Part shown: piece after piece, positions 27,104 to 37,179 of the stretch | Layout of the letters: every line of letters begins with the position of its first letter | Numbering within the stretch: position 1 is the first letter of the stretch | Source of the DNA: Gaiella sp. | GTDB lineage: Bacteria > Actinomycetota > Thermoleophilia > Gaiellales > Gaiellaceae | Length of the DNA stretch: 64,000 nucleotides | Reading direction: 5' to 3' | Assembly (NCBI RefSeq): GCF_039915195.1 | Contig: NZ_JBDSNT010000105.1 | Span: 5,252-69,251, forward strand | The notes under the pieces: generated by a model | The model's input: only the letters and a program-made list of their open reading frames with translations | Told to the model about the DNA's origin: nothing | The model's database searches: none | Made by a program: the position numbers and the translations under genes

Positions 27104-28561
27104 CTAGAGCCCCACACCTCCGACCTGGACGTACTTGACATCCAGGTACTCGTCGATCCCCACGGAACCGCCCTCGCGGCCGTAGCCCGACTCCTTGACG
27201 CCGCCGAATGGTGCGTTCGCCGCGCTGATGACCCCGGTATTCGCTCCGATAATCCCGTACTCGAGCTTCTCGGCAACCCGGAGGAGCCGCGCGTAGTCCC
27301 GGGTGTGGAAGTACGCGGCGAGGCCGTAGATCGACGCGTTGGCGACACGAATCGCTTCCTCCTCGGTCTCGAATCGCGTGACGCCCGCGACGGGTCCAAA
27401 TGTCTCCTCGGTCGAGATCAGCATTTCCGGGGTCACGCCCTCGAGCACCGTGGGTGCGTAGAACGACCCGTTTCCTTCGATTCGCTCGCCACCGACGACG
27501 AGCCGCGCGCCGTGCGCGATCGCGTCCTGGACGTGCTCGTCGGCCTTGTCCACGGCGCCGTCGTCGATCAGCGGGCCGATCGTGACGCCTTCCTCGGTCC
27601 CGTGGCCGACGACCATCTTCGCCACCTTCTCGGCGAGCTTTACGACGAACGCGTCATAGATGCCTGCCTGGACGTAGGTGCGGTTGGCGCATACGCAGGT
27701 CTGGCCGGCGTTGCGGAACTTCGAGGCAATCAGCCCGTCGACGGCCTCGTCGAGATCAGCGTCGTCGAAGATGACGTAGGGGGCATGGCCGCCGAGCTCG
27801 AGGGAGAGCCGCTTCACCTGGTCGGCAGATGCGCGAATCAGCTCCTTGCCGACCTCGGTCGAACCCGTGAACGAGATCTTCCGCACGCGCGCGTCGGAGA
27901 AGAGCTGCTTTGCCACCATGCCTGAAGAGCGGGAGGTGATCAGGTTGACAACGCCGGGTGGCGTGCCCGCGTCCTCGATCGCGCGCAGGATCAGCGCCGC
28001 AGTAAGGGGCGTTGCGCTTGCAGGCTTGACGACGCTCGTGCACCCGGCTGCCATCGCAGGGCCGAGCTTGCGCGTCATCATCGCGGCCGGGAAGTTCCAC
28101 GGCGTGATCGCGGCCGTCACCCCGACCGGCTGACGCAGCACGAGCACGCGGCTCGCAGGATTCATCGGGGGCACGATCTGTCCGTAAACGCGCTCCGCCT
28201 CGCCGCCGAACCACTCCAGGAAGCTGGCGGCGTAGTCGACCTCGCCCGCTGCCTCGGCGAGCGGCTTGCCCTGCTCCGAGGTCATCACGAGCGCGATCGT
28301 GTCCTTGCGCTCGCGGATCAGGTCGGCGGCGGCGCGGAGGATGCGCCCGCGCTGAAGCGCAGGCAGCGACTTCCACTCGTCCAGCGCGACCGCCGCGGCG
28401 TCGATCGCGGCGCGGACATCCGGCTCGCCTGCGTCGGGCACCGAGCCGACGAGCTCGCCGGTCGCTGGATCCGTCACGTCGAAGCGGGAACCGTTCGCCG
28501 CCTCCCGCCATTCCCCACCGATGAGGAGCTGTTCGTCGACTCCGGTTGCCGCGACTGCCAT
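27104..28561 (-). CDS. gabD: NAD(P)-dependent succinate-semialdehyde dehydrogenase
   Basis: ITPWNFP, FTGSTEVG, LELGG, AGQTCVC, EETFGP and PFGGVKESGYGREG. SD AAGGAG. Confidence 0.9.
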   Translation of the reverse strand: MAVAATGVDEQLLIGGEWREAANGSRFDVTDPATGELVGSVPDAGEPDVRAAIDAAAVALDEWKSLPALQRGRILRAAADLIRERKDTIALVMTSEQGKPLAEAAGEVDYAASFLEWFGGEAERVYGQIVPPMNPASRVLVLRQPVGVTAAITPWNFPAAMMTRKLGPAMAAGCTSVVKPASATPLTAALILRAIEDAGTPPGVVNLITSRSSGMVAKQLFSDARVRKISFTGSTEVGKELIRASADQVKRLSLELGGHAPYVIFDDADLDEAVDGLIASKFRNAGQTCVCANRTYVQAGIYDAFVVKLAEKVAKMVVGHGTEEGVTIGPLIDDGAVDKADEHVQDAIAHGARLVVGGERIEGNGSFYAPTVLEGVTPEMLISTEETFGPVAGVTRFETEEEAIRVANASIYGLAAYFHTRDYARLLRVAEKLEYGIIGANTGVISAANAPFGGVKESGYGREGGSVGIDEYLDVKYVQVGGVGL

Positions 28562-28641
28562 GTCAATTCTCCTTGTCGAATGCCGTCACGGACAGGCTAG
28601 ATGATGGAGGGCCGCGGGCCGATCGCCGCTACGCTCCTCGT

Positions 28642-29799
28642 ATGACGGACGCGCTCATCATCGACGCCGTGCGAACGCCGATCGGTCGCCGCAATGGAGC
28701 CCTTGCAGTCGTCCGTGGCGACGACCTCGCCGCTCGGGTCTTGACGAGCCTCGCAGACCGGGTCGGATTCGACCCGGCCGAGGTCGAGGACGTGCAGATG
28801 GGCTGCGTCACCCAGGTCGGCGAGCAGGCGTTCAACGTCGGCCGGATCGCGACCCTCGTCGCCGGCTGGCCGGAGTCGGTCGCCGCGACGACGGTCGACC
28901 GCCAGTGCGGCTCGTCGTTGCAGGCCGCCTTCAACGCTGCGTCGGCGATCCGGGCCGGGCACCTCGATGTCGTCGTTGCGGCCGGTGTGGAGTCGATGTC
29001 ACGTGTCCCCATGGGATCGAACCTCGGGCCGGAGGGATGGAGTCTCCTCAACCCACGGCTCGGCGATCGTTGGCCGATCGTGCCGCAGGGCATCTCGGCC
29101 GAGGAGATCGCGAAGGAGTGGGGTCTCGCGCGCGAGCAACTCGACGACTACGCGCTCGAGTCGCATCGGCGCGCCGTGGCCGCGATCGACGGTGGTCTGT
29201 TCGAGGGAGAGATCGTGCCCGTCGCACTCCCGGACGGCAGCTCGTTCACGGAGGACGAGGCGCCGCGCCGCGATACTTCCGCCGAGAAGCTCGCATCGCT
29301 CAAACCCGTCTTCCTCGACGACGGCGTCGTCACCGCCGGCAACTCGAGCCAGATCGTCGACGGCGCGGCGGCAATGCTGATTGCGAGCGAGGCTGCTTCA
29401 ACACGCCTCGGCGTCACGCCACGCGCCCGCTTCGTCTCGTTCGGGATCGCGGGCGTCGACCCGTACCGGATGCTGCACGGCAACCCGATCGCGTGTGCCG
29501 AGGCGCTTCGCCGGGCGGGTCTCGGCTGGGACGACATGGCCGTGATCGAGATCAACGAGGCGTTCGCGTCGGTCGTGTTGCAGACGCTCGCCGACACGGG
29601 CTTGCACGAGCGCTGGGTCGCAGGAGACGTCAATCCGAACGGCGGCGGCATCTCTCTCGGCCACCCCCTCGGTGCCACGGGCGCCAGGATCACCGCCACG
29701 CTGCTCGCCGAGCTCGACCGCCGGGAAGCGCGCTACGGCCTCGCCTGCATGTGCATCGGTCAGGGTCAGGCCATCGCAGCGATCGTCGAACGCCTCTGA
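28642..29799 (+). CDS. Thiolase (acetyl-CoA acyltransferase)
   Basis: RQCGSS, NEAFA, GHPLGATG and CIGQGQ catalytic motifs. TACGCT-N6-ATG. Confidence 0.95.
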   Translation: MTDALIIDAVRTPIGRRNGALAVVRGDDLAARVLTSLADRVGFDPAEVEDVQMGCVTQVGEQAFNVGRIATLVAGWPESVAATTVDRQCGSSLQAAFNAASAIRAGHLDVVVAAGVESMSRVPMGSNLGPEGWSLLNPRLGDRWPIVPQGISAEEIAKEWGLAREQLDDYALESHRRAVAAIDGGLFEGEIVPVALPDGSSFTEDEAPRRDTSAEKLASLKPVFLDDGVVTAGNSSQIVDGAAAMLIASEAASTRLGVTPRARFVSFGIAGVDPYRMLHGNPIACAEALRRAGLGWDDMAVIEINEAFASVVLQTLADTGLHERWVAGDVNPNGGGISLGHPLGATGARITATLLAELDRREARYGLACMCIGQGQAIAAIVERL

Positions 29800-29920
29800 G
29801 GCGCTAGCGCCCCGAGCTCGTAGCGTTGTTCTGCAAGGGGGTGGCCGTCCTGGATGAGTCCGAGACCACCGCTCCAGCGGCGGCGACGGCTGCGGCGACG
29901 CGCGCCGCGTGACCTCGCTC

Positions 29921-30883
29921 TCACGACGCGGCCAGCTCCGTCTCCACGCCAGCACTGACCGCCAGGGCGATCTCCACGAACGCGCGGGCGGCCGGCGACC
30001 GAACGCGATCGCGATGCCAGACGACCGAGATGACTCGATCGGGAACGGGTGGCTCGATTGCCACGACCCGCACGCGATCGTCACCGGGAATGACCGCCAG
30101 AAGGGGGACGAGGGCCGCCCCGAACTCCGCCGCCACGAGCCCCTGGAGGGTACCGTTGTCGTCCGAGCGAAACGCGTACTCGACAACGTGGCCGGCGTCG
30201 CGCAGGATCTTCTCCGCCTCGAGCCCGCTCGCACACGTTCCTGATCCGATCAGCGTCAGCCCGTCGAGCTCGGACAGCGAGCAGGTCGCGCGCTCCGCCA
30301 TCAGGTGCCCTGCCGGGAGAAGAAGAACATACGGATCCCGCATCAGCTCGAGAGCGTCGAACGGTCCGTCGGGCAGCGGTGCCGAACAGAACGCCAGGTC
30401 GAGGCGGCCGCTCTCGATCTCGGCATAGAGCTCGGAATCTGTGGTCGGCTCGGAAAGGCCGATCTCGATCTTCGGCCACCCCGTACGAAACCGCCGCATC
30501 ACTTCGGGAAGCACGCGCGAGCCGATGCTCTGATACGTCCCGACGCGGAGCGATCCGGTCTCGCCGGCGCGCAACGCGAGCATGTCGGCGCGGGCGGCTG
30601 CGAGGCGATGGACGACGGCCTCCGCGTGGCGAAGGAGCAGTGTCCCGGCCTCGGTCATCGAGATCGCACGCGGCCCGCCAGGACGCTCAACGAGCCTCTC
30701 TCCCACGATTCGCTCGAGGGCCGCGATCTGCTGGCTGATGGCCGACTGCGTGTAGCCGAGTTCCGAGGCAGCGCGACCGAAGGAGCCAGTGCGTGCAACG
30801 GCTTCGAGCGCCGCCAAATGGCGCACCTCGACACCGAGCCAGGTGTCCTGAAGAGGAGTATCAGCTTGGGTAATAGATGTCAT
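29921..30883 (-). CDS. LysR family regulator
   Basis: GSFGRAASELGYTQSAISQQIAALE HTH followed by a substrate-binding domain. Start ATG 30883. Confidence 0.93.
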   Translation of the reverse strand: MTSITQADTPLQDTWLGVEVRHLAALEAVARTGSFGRAASELGYTQSAISQQIAALERIVGERLVERPGGPRAISMTEAGTLLLRHAEAVVHRLAAARADMLALRAGETGSLRVGTYQSIGSRVLPEVMRRFRTGWPKIEIGLSEPTTDSELYAEIESGRLDLAFCSAPLPDGPFDALELMRDPYVLLLPAGHLMAERATCSLSELDGLTLIGSGTCASGLEAEKILRDAGHVVEYAFRSDDNGTLQGLVAAEFGAALVPLLAVIPGDDRVRVVAIEPPVPDRVISVVWHRDRVRSPAARAFVEIALAVSAGVETELAAS

Positions 30884-30931
30884 CAATACCTCGACTTGTG
30901 CTGATAGTACCTGCTCAGCGAAGATGCAGCC

Positions 30932-31042
30932 ATGGAAATCGCACTGATCGTCTTCATCGTTCTCGTCGCTCTCGGTTCTGTCTTTGCAGGCAAGGACTCC
31001 CGGATCGACGAGTCGGCTCGCCGGCGCAGGTACCTCGGGTGA
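30932..31042 (+). CDS. 36-aa single-TM small protein
   Basis: MEIALIVFIVLVALGSVFAGKDSRIDESARRRRYLG. Its stop overlaps the next start (GTGA). Confidence 0.6.
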   Translation: MEIALIVFIVLVALGSVFAGKDSRIDESARRRRYLG

Positions 31043-31326
31043 CCGAGCACCTTCCGGCAGCCCTCGCACGCCAGGTCGCGGGTCGGAGCGAGATCGCCAT
31101 TCGCTCCGCCCGGCCCGGCGATGCGGCCGCAATCCGGCGGCTCGCGCATCTCGTCGACCGCACCGTCCCGGCCGATCCCGTTCTCGTGGCGGAAACCGAC
31201 GGGGCAATCGTCGCTGCGCTTTCGACTTCGAGCGCCGACGTCGTCACCGATCCCTTTCGCGCTACGGGTGATCTCGTCGCGCTGCTGCGGCTGCGCTCGG
31301 CGCAACTGCATGCTCTAGCGGCCTGA
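31039..31326 (+). CDS. Small GNAT-fragment-like hypothetical protein, 95 aa
   Basis: IRSARPGDAAAIRRLA...VLVAETDGAIVAALS resembles the N-terminal half of a GNAT fold. Confidence 0.65.
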   Translation: MTEHLPAALARQVAGRSEIAIRSARPGDAAAIRRLAHLVDRTVPADPVLVAETDGAIVAALSTSSADVVTDPFRATGDLVALLRLRSAQLHALAA

Positions 31327-31351
31327 TCGATCCCTCGTCTACGATCGTCCG

Positions 31352-32206
31352 GTGACGGAGATCCGGACGATCGGTGTGATCGGCCTCGGCGCAATGGGCG
31401 CAGGCATTGCGCAGCTCGCCGTGGAAGCGGGCTACCGGACAGTCGGGCGAGAGGTGACATCCGTGCTCGGCGCCGCTGCTGCTGCCAGGATCGGCCACTT
31501 CCTCGATCGCAAAGTCGACAAGGGCCAGCTCTCCGCGGATGAGAGGGATGCTGCAATCGCAAGGCTCGAGACCACTGCGGATCTCGAGCCGTTCGCGGAG
31601 TGTGACCTCGTGATCGAGGCGATCGTCGAGGAGCTCGAGCCCAAGCGCGCCCTCTTTGCAGACCTCGACCGGATCTGCCGCCCTGACGCGATTCTCGCTA
31701 CCAACACCTCGGCGCTCTCCGTGACCGCGATCGCCGCCGCGACGACGCGGCCCGAGCGGGTCGTCGGGATGCACTTCTTCAACCCGGCTCCTCTCATGCC
31801 CCTCGTCGAGATCGTCCAGGCGGAGCTCACGTCGGACGTCGCAGTGGCGGTGGTCATCGAGGTGGGAGAGCGATTCGGCAAGGAAGTCGTAACGTGCCAC
31901 GACACTCCCGGGTTCATCGTCAATCGCGTGCTGATCCCCCTCCTGAACGACTGCGTCCGCGTCCTCGACGAGGCGCGCATCACGCCCGAGGCGCTCGACA
32001 CCGCGATGAAGAACGGGGCGGGCTGGCCGATGGGCCCGTGCGCGCTCGTCGATCTCGTCGGCATCGACGTCCACGTTCACGCCGCCGAGGCGCTCTACGC
32101 GCTCTCGCGCGATCCGCGTATGGCCCCGCCGGCGCGCATCGTGACGATGAAGAATGCCGGCCTGCTCGGTCGCAAGAGCGGCCGCGGCTTCTACACCTAC
32201 GACTGA
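31352..32206 (+). CDS. 3-hydroxyacyl(butyryl)-CoA dehydrogenase
   Basis: GLGAMG, EAIVEE, TNTSALS, GMHFFNP, PGFIVNR and GRKSGRGFY. Confidence 0.95.
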   Translation: MTEIRTIGVIGLGAMGAGIAQLAVEAGYRTVGREVTSVLGAAAAARIGHFLDRKVDKGQLSADERDAAIARLETTADLEPFAECDLVIEAIVEELEPKRALFADLDRICRPDAILATNTSALSVTAIAAATTRPERVVGMHFFNPAPLMPLVEIVQAELTSDVAVAVVIEVGERFGKEVVTCHDTPGFIVNRVLIPLLNDCVRVLDEARITPEALDTAMKNGAGWPMGPCALVDLVGIDVHVHAAEALYALSRDPRMAPPARIVTMKNAGLLGRKSGRGFYTYD

Positions 32207-33423
32207 CGGTCTTCGGGCCCGTGGTCGGCGTCGATCATCGGCACGCCGAGCCGGTTCGCAACGGTGGGTACCAGTGTCCCTTGCACCGCGACCGAGAACA
32301 GGACGATGACGAAGACAATCCCGTAGATTTCCTCCGACTGTTCTGTCCCGCCGACGACGGCAAGCGACGCGAGCAGGATCGGCACCGCCCCCTTGAGCCC
32401 GGAGAACGTGACGAAGAGGCGCTCACCCCGTGAGAGCCTGGCGGGGAGCAGGAGCGGGAGAACGACCAGCGGTCTGACAACGAAGCCCAGTACGACCGCG
32501 AGCACGAGGCCCTGCCACCAGAGTGAGTCGGCGAAGATGAACCCGAGCTCGATCGTCAAGCCCAGAGCGACGAACACCGCGAGCTCCCCGAGGTCCGCGA
32601 GGGCTGTGTGGAACTCTCGCACCTCGGCGCGACGCGGGAACGCCGCGTCACCGATAACGATGCCGGCAACGAAGACCGCGAGGAAACCGGAGCCGTGGGT
32701 GATCGCCGCGAGCCCGTAGGTGAGGAAGGCGCCGAGGAGAACCGTGATCGGGTAGAGGGATCGGTCGGGCAGCGGAACACGGCGCAGGAGGTAGAGGAGC
32801 ACGACTCCGGCCCCGACTCCGACGGCAAGACCGATACCCATCTCGCGGAGGAACTCCACGGCGACCTCGGCGACCGACGCGTCGGGATGGATCGCGAGCT
32901 CGATCATGCCGATCATCAATGCGATACCGACCGGGTCGTTGAACCCCGACTCGCCCTCGAGGATCGTTCCGGCGCGTCCTTCCACCTCCTTGCCCGCGAG
33001 GACAGAGAACGTGACTGCGGGATCGGTTGGCGCCACCGCAGCCCCGATCAGCAGTGCGACCGTCCAGTCGAATCCGAGCAGATAGTGCGCTGCGATGGCG
33101 ACGAGAGGTGCCGTCGCGAATGTCCCGACCACGCCGACGACGGTGATCGGCACGGCAGCAGAGCGGAACCGGCGCAGGCCGATTCCCATGCCGCCGTCGA
33201 AGAGGATCACGATCAGAGCGAGCGTCGCGACCCGCTGAACGTCCTGGAACGTGAGCAGACCGGCCAGCCGTTCGGAGAAATCGGAGGCGAGAGCCGTCAC
33301 TGTCAGGAGCAGTGCCGCGGTCGGCAATCCGATCCGGGCGGCGACCACGCGGACGACGATCGCGAGCGTCAGCGCGACGGCGACGAACTCGATCGCGCGC
33401 CCGAAGGTCGTGATGTCGTCCAT
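32197..33423 (-). CDS. CPA1 cation:proton antiporter (NhaP/CvrA-like membrane domain)
   Basis: About 12 TM helices, with APTDPA, LEGESGFNDP and GLKGAVPI. Confidence 0.9.
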   Translation of the reverse strand: MDDITTFGRAIEFVAVALTLAIVVRVVAARIGLPTAALLLTVTALASDFSERLAGLLTFQDVQRVATLALIVILFDGGMGIGLRRFRSAAVPITVVGVVGTFATAPLVAIAAHYLLGFDWTVALLIGAAVAPTDPAVTFSVLAGKEVEGRAGTILEGESGFNDPVGIALMIGMIELAIHPDASVAEVAVEFLREMGIGLAVGVGAGVVLLYLLRRVPLPDRSLYPITVLLGAFLTYGLAAITHGSGFLAVFVAGIVIGDAAFPRRAEVREFHTALADLGELAVFVALGLTIELGFIFADSLWWQGLVLAVVLGFVVRPLVVLPLLLPARLSRGERLFVTFSGLKGAVPILLASLAVVGGTEQSEEIYGIVFVIVLFSVAVQGTLVPTVANRLGVPMIDADHGPEDRQS

Positions 33424-33541
33424 CCGGCGATTCTTGCTGTTTTGCAGGACGGCTGCTCCCGCGCTCGGAGGCCAAGCGCTAACAGATTCCTTACCGGCGT
33501 CTCATCGCGGGATCACCCGGGGTGCCGATACTCTCGAAGAC

Positions 33542-34036
33542 ATGCGCCTCCTGGCCCTGATACTGCTCGCCCTCGCCGTCTCGGTCGGCATAGCGACCGC
33601 TGCCACACGGTCACCGGGCGGCTCGCTCGAGATCAAGGAAGGCCGTGGCTCGTTCCAGATCACCGGGAAGGGCGTGATCGTCGGTCGCGTCGACCGGGGG
33701 TCATTGAAGATCATCGACCTGACGCCGGCCGACCAGTGGAGCCCATGGGTGAACGGCGTCCCGCGCGGTAAGAACCTGTGGATCAAGGGCCGAAATATCA
33801 CGTTCCGGATCTCGGCCGGGCGGTACCGGATCGTCGCGGGCGGCGATGGTGTATCGGTGTCGGCGCGAGGAACCGGAACCGCCGTGATGGACGGCGATCC
33901 CGACGCCGTCGGCGACACCGGCCGCTACCGGGTGGGCGACTCTCAGCTCGATTCGGTTCCTGATGAGACAACGAAAACGTCGTTCGGGATCAGTGACCTG
34001 ACCGCGTCGTCGTGTCGATCAGTCAAGATCCAGTAA
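33542..34036 (+). CDS. Secreted beta-rich hypothetical protein
   Basis: Signal peptide MRLLALILLALAVSVGIATA. TAATG overlap with the response regulator. Confidence 0.75.
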   Translation: MRLLALILLALAVSVGIATAATRSPGGSLEIKEGRGSFQITGKGVIVGRVDRGSLKIIDLTPADQWSPWVNGVPRGKNLWIKGRNITFRISAGRYRIVAGGDGVSVSARGTGTAVMDGDPDAVGDTGRYRVGDSQLDSVPDETTKTSFGISDLTASSCRSVKIQ

Positions 34037-34740
34037 TGACCACCCCGAAGACGATCCTCGTCGTTGAGGACGAGGCCGCGATCGCGTCCTTCGTCACGCT
34101 CTACCTCAAGAACGCGGGATACGTCGTCAAGGCCGTCGGGACCGGCGGCGCGGCCCTGAATGCCATCGCGGCCGAGATTCCGGCTCTGATCATCCTCGAC
34201 CTGAATCTGCCGGATATGGACGGGATCGAGATCTGCCGCCGCGTCCGCAAGGGATCCGATGTGCCGATCCTGATGCTGACCGCGAGGGATGAGGACGTGG
34301 ACAAGATCATCGGACTCGAGGTCGGGGCCGACGACTATCTCACGAAACCGTTCAATCCACGCGAGCTGGTTGCTCGGGTCAAGAGCGTGCTGCGACGGTC
34401 GTCGTCGGACAGACGCCGCGACGAGGGCGACGAGATCACGCACGGCGACCTGACGATCAATGCCGGCCGGCGTGAGGTGATGGTCGGCGATCGCGAGATC
34501 CAGCTCGCACCGAAGGAGTTCGAGCTTCTCTGGGAGCTTCTCGATCATCGTGGGCTCGTCCTGACGCGCGACCAGCTCCTCGAGCGCGTCTGGGGATACA
34601 CGTTCGCCGGCGACACGAGGACAGTCGATGTCCACGTGCGTCAGATCCGTCGCAAGCTCGAGGATGCGTCGCCGATCGTCACCGTGTGGGGCGTGGGGTA
34701 CAAGGTCGCTCAGGATCGCACCTCTGCGCCCGCGGCCTGA
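34036..34740 (+). CDS. OmpR-family response regulator
   Basis: VVEDE, ILDLNLPDMDG, GADDYLTKPF and a wHTH with RTVDVHV...TVWGVGYK. Confidence 0.96.
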   Translation: MTTPKTILVVEDEAAIASFVTLYLKNAGYVVKAVGTGGAALNAIAAEIPALIILDLNLPDMDGIEICRRVRKGSDVPILMLTARDEDVDKIIGLEVGADDYLTKPFNPRELVARVKSVLRRSSSDRRRDEGDEITHGDLTINAGRREVMVGDREIQLAPKEFELLWELLDHRGLVLTRDQLLERVWGYTFAGDTRTVDVHVRQIRRKLEDASPIVTVWGVGYKVAQDRTSAPAA

Positions 34741-34799
34741 GGCTCTGAAGTGAACCCCGGGATCGGACGCCGAGCCGGCCGCGGTTTTACACTCCCATC

Positions 34800-36197
34800 G
34801 TGATGCGGTCGCTGCGGTTCCGCCTGCCGGCCCTGTTCCTGCTCGGGATCGTGCTCGCAGGGATCTTTGCCGCACTGATCTCGCTACGCCTCTTTCAGAC
34901 CTACACCCGCGACCAGTCGATCCAGGAGCTCAAACGCGAGGCCGCCGGCCTCTCACGGCTCTACGCCGACGCAGCGCTCCGTGCAGTCGACGAGGGATCC
35001 GGCTCGATCGACTTCGCCGCGCCCAAGCTGGAGCTCGCGACCGGCGACCGGATCTTCTACCTCGGCTCGTCGCTCTTTCCCGGGCAGGACACCGGGCTGA
35101 CGCGCCTTGCCGAAGCGTCAGTGCCGGCCGCGGTGCGTGACCTGTCGGGGCCGGTCACGTTCGAGTTCACGCCGCCCGGGAGCAATCGCGCGTTTCTCGC
35201 CGCGTCCGCACCCGTTCGCCTCGAGCCGGAGAGCGAGGCGCTCGGTGCAATCGTCGTCGCGAAGCCGAGGACGGAGCTGCGCGATCAATGGCTACCGCTT
35301 GTGGCGCGTCTCGCGCTTGCCGTGGCGGTCGGAGCGCTCGTTGCAGGGCTGCTGGCCTGGTGGCTCTCCCGGAAGATCACAGGCCCCGTGCTCGCCCTGT
35401 CGAGCGCGGCGGACGAAATCGCGGCCGGCAACTACGCGGTACGGGTGCCGGCGGGGGAGGGCGGCGACGAGATCAGCCAGCTCTCGAGGCGTTTCAACGA
35501 GATGGCCGGCCGCCTCGGCGCGACGGAGGAGCGCGAGCGACAATTTCTGATGTCGGTCTCGCACGAGCTCCGTACGCCGTTGACGGCGATCAAGGGTCAC
35601 GTCGACGCGATCCGGGATGGTTTGTTCGACGATCGCGAGGCGGAGCGTGCCTCCCTCGATGTCGTCGCCAGCGAGACGATCCGTCTGGAGCGCCTCGTCG
35701 GAGACGTTCTCGATCTGGCCAAGCTGAACGCGCATCGGTTCACCGTGCACGCCGAGGAGGTCGATATCGGAGCGCTCGTCGCCCAGGCGCATGCGAGCTT
35801 CGGCGAGGAGGCGCGGCGCCGCAGCCTGACGTTCAGGCTCGATGAGGACATGAACGCTCCGGTCATCGTCACCGACGGCGATCGGGTTCTCCAGGTCCTC
35901 ACAAACCTGCTCGCCAATGCGTTCCGGTGGACGCCTGACGGCGGCACGATCTCGATTGGATCGTCGAGCCTCGGCGGCACGGTTCGCATTGACGTCTGCG
36001 ACACCGGTCCGGGAATCCAACCCGACGAGCAGGAGCGCATCTTCGTGCCGTTCATTTCGCGGGACAACCACGGCACCGGCCTCGGCCTGCCGATCGGCCG
36101 GGAGCTTGCGGTAGCCCTCGGAGGCCGACTCGAGCTCGAATCGACCGTGGGACAGGGAAGCCGCTTCACGCTCGTGGTGCCCGAGCGTCGTACGTGA
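34800..36197 (+). CDS. HAMP-domain sensor histidine kinase
   Basis: Two TM helices, HAMP, SHELRTPL, NLLANA, DTGPG and GTGLGL. Confidence 0.95.
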   Translation: MMRSLRFRLPALFLLGIVLAGIFAALISLRLFQTYTRDQSIQELKREAAGLSRLYADAALRAVDEGSGSIDFAAPKLELATGDRIFYLGSSLFPGQDTGLTRLAEASVPAAVRDLSGPVTFEFTPPGSNRAFLAASAPVRLEPESEALGAIVVAKPRTELRDQWLPLVARLALAVAVGALVAGLLAWWLSRKITGPVLALSSAADEIAAGNYAVRVPAGEGGDEISQLSRRFNEMAGRLGATEERERQFLMSVSHELRTPLTAIKGHVDAIRDGLFDDREAERASLDVVASETIRLERLVGDVLDLAKLNAHRFTVHAEEVDIGALVAQAHASFGEEARRRSLTFRLDEDMNAPVIVTDGDRVLQVLTNLLANAFRWTPDGGTISIGSSSLGGTVRIDVCDTGPGIQPDEQERIFVPFISRDNHGTGLGLPIGRELAVALGGRLELESTVGQGSRFTLVVPERRT

Positions 36198-37129
36198 TCC
36201 CGCGTGGAGAGACGACGCGCGGGCAGACCACCTCACGCCGGCAGAAGGCGCCGCACGGACCCGAGCGCTCGCCGATCCGGGCGGCGTTCGTCGCCCTGAG
36301 GCCGCGGCAGTGGGTGAAGAACCTGCTCCTGTTCGGGGGCATCATCTTCGCGGCCGAGGTCGACGATCCGTTGAAGTGGCTGCAGGCATTTGCCGCTTTC
36401 GCCTTGTATTGCGCCGCCTCGAGCGCCGCCTACCTCGTCAACGACCTGCGCGATGTCGAGGCCGACCGAACCCACCCGGTCAAGCACGGGCGGCCGATTG
36501 CACGAGGCGAGCTCCGCCCGCGGATCGCCGGTGCGCTCGTCGGCGCGCTGCTCGCCGTGGCATTCGCGTTGGCTGCGTGGCTCGGCAGTCCGTCCGTGCT
36601 CTGCCTGTTCGCCTTCGTGGTGCTCCAGACGGCGTACTCGATCGGCCTCAAGAACGTCGTCCTCATCGACGTTCTCGCGATCGCGGCGCTCTTCGTGATC
36701 CGAGCCGTCGCCGGGGCGATCGCCGTTGACGTGAGGATCTCGCCCTGGCTTCTCGTCTGCACCGGCCTCCTCGCGCTCTTCCTCGCGCTCGGGAAGCGGC
36801 GCGCCGAGCTGCTGCTGGTCGAGGCCGAGCGCACCCCCGGGCGGCGAGTCCTTGCCGGGTACTCACCAGCGGTGCTCGATCGCCTACTCGTCGCCGTGGC
36901 CTTCGCGACCGCTGTCGTCTACGTCCTGTACACCCTCACGGCACGCGACTCCTACGCGCTCGTCCTCACCGTGCCATTCGTCATCTTCGGCCTCGGCCGT
37001 TACCTCCACCTCGTGCGGGAGAGCGATCGAGGAGAGGAACCCGAGAATGTCCTGCTCGGCGACACTCCGATCCTGATCACCGTCGCCGCCTGGGCTGCGC
37101 TCTGCGCGGCGATCCTGATCCAGACCTGA
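36194..37129 (+). CDS. UbiA-family prenyltransferase (decaprenyl-phosphate phosphoribosyltransferase-like)
   Basis: RPRQWVKN, YLVNDLRDVEADRTHPVKHGRP and KRRAE. Confidence 0.9.
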   Translation: MIPRGETTRGQTTSRRQKAPHGPERSPIRAAFVALRPRQWVKNLLLFGGIIFAAEVDDPLKWLQAFAAFALYCAASSAAYLVNDLRDVEADRTHPVKHGRPIARGELRPRIAGALVGALLAVAFALAAWLGSPSVLCLFAFVVLQTAYSIGLKNVVLIDVLAIAALFVIRAVAGAIAVDVRISPWLLVCTGLLALFLALGKRRAELLLVEAERTPGRRVLAGYSPAVLDRLLVAVAFATAVVYVLYTLTARDSYALVLTVPFVIFGLGRYLHLVRESDRGEEPENVLLGDTPILITVAAWAALCAAILIQT

Positions 37130-37179
37130 CCGAGGCGGCCCGGGATCGAGCCGGCCGTTCCGGGCGACATCCTGGCGCC

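Noticed and set aside
29800-29811. GGCGCTAGCGCC palindrome after the thiolase stop
   Set aside because: It has no loop or U-tract, and short palindromes like this are expected by chance at this GC content.
29841-29912. 23-aa ORF MAVLDESETTAPAAATAAATRAA
   Set aside because: Low-complexity and very short. The upstream TAGCGT/AAGGGGG could be chance. Not enough support.
29921-31207. 428-aa LysR as given in the ORF track
   Set aside because: The N-terminal 108 codons overlap the divergent small genes. The HTH begins shortly after ATG 30883.
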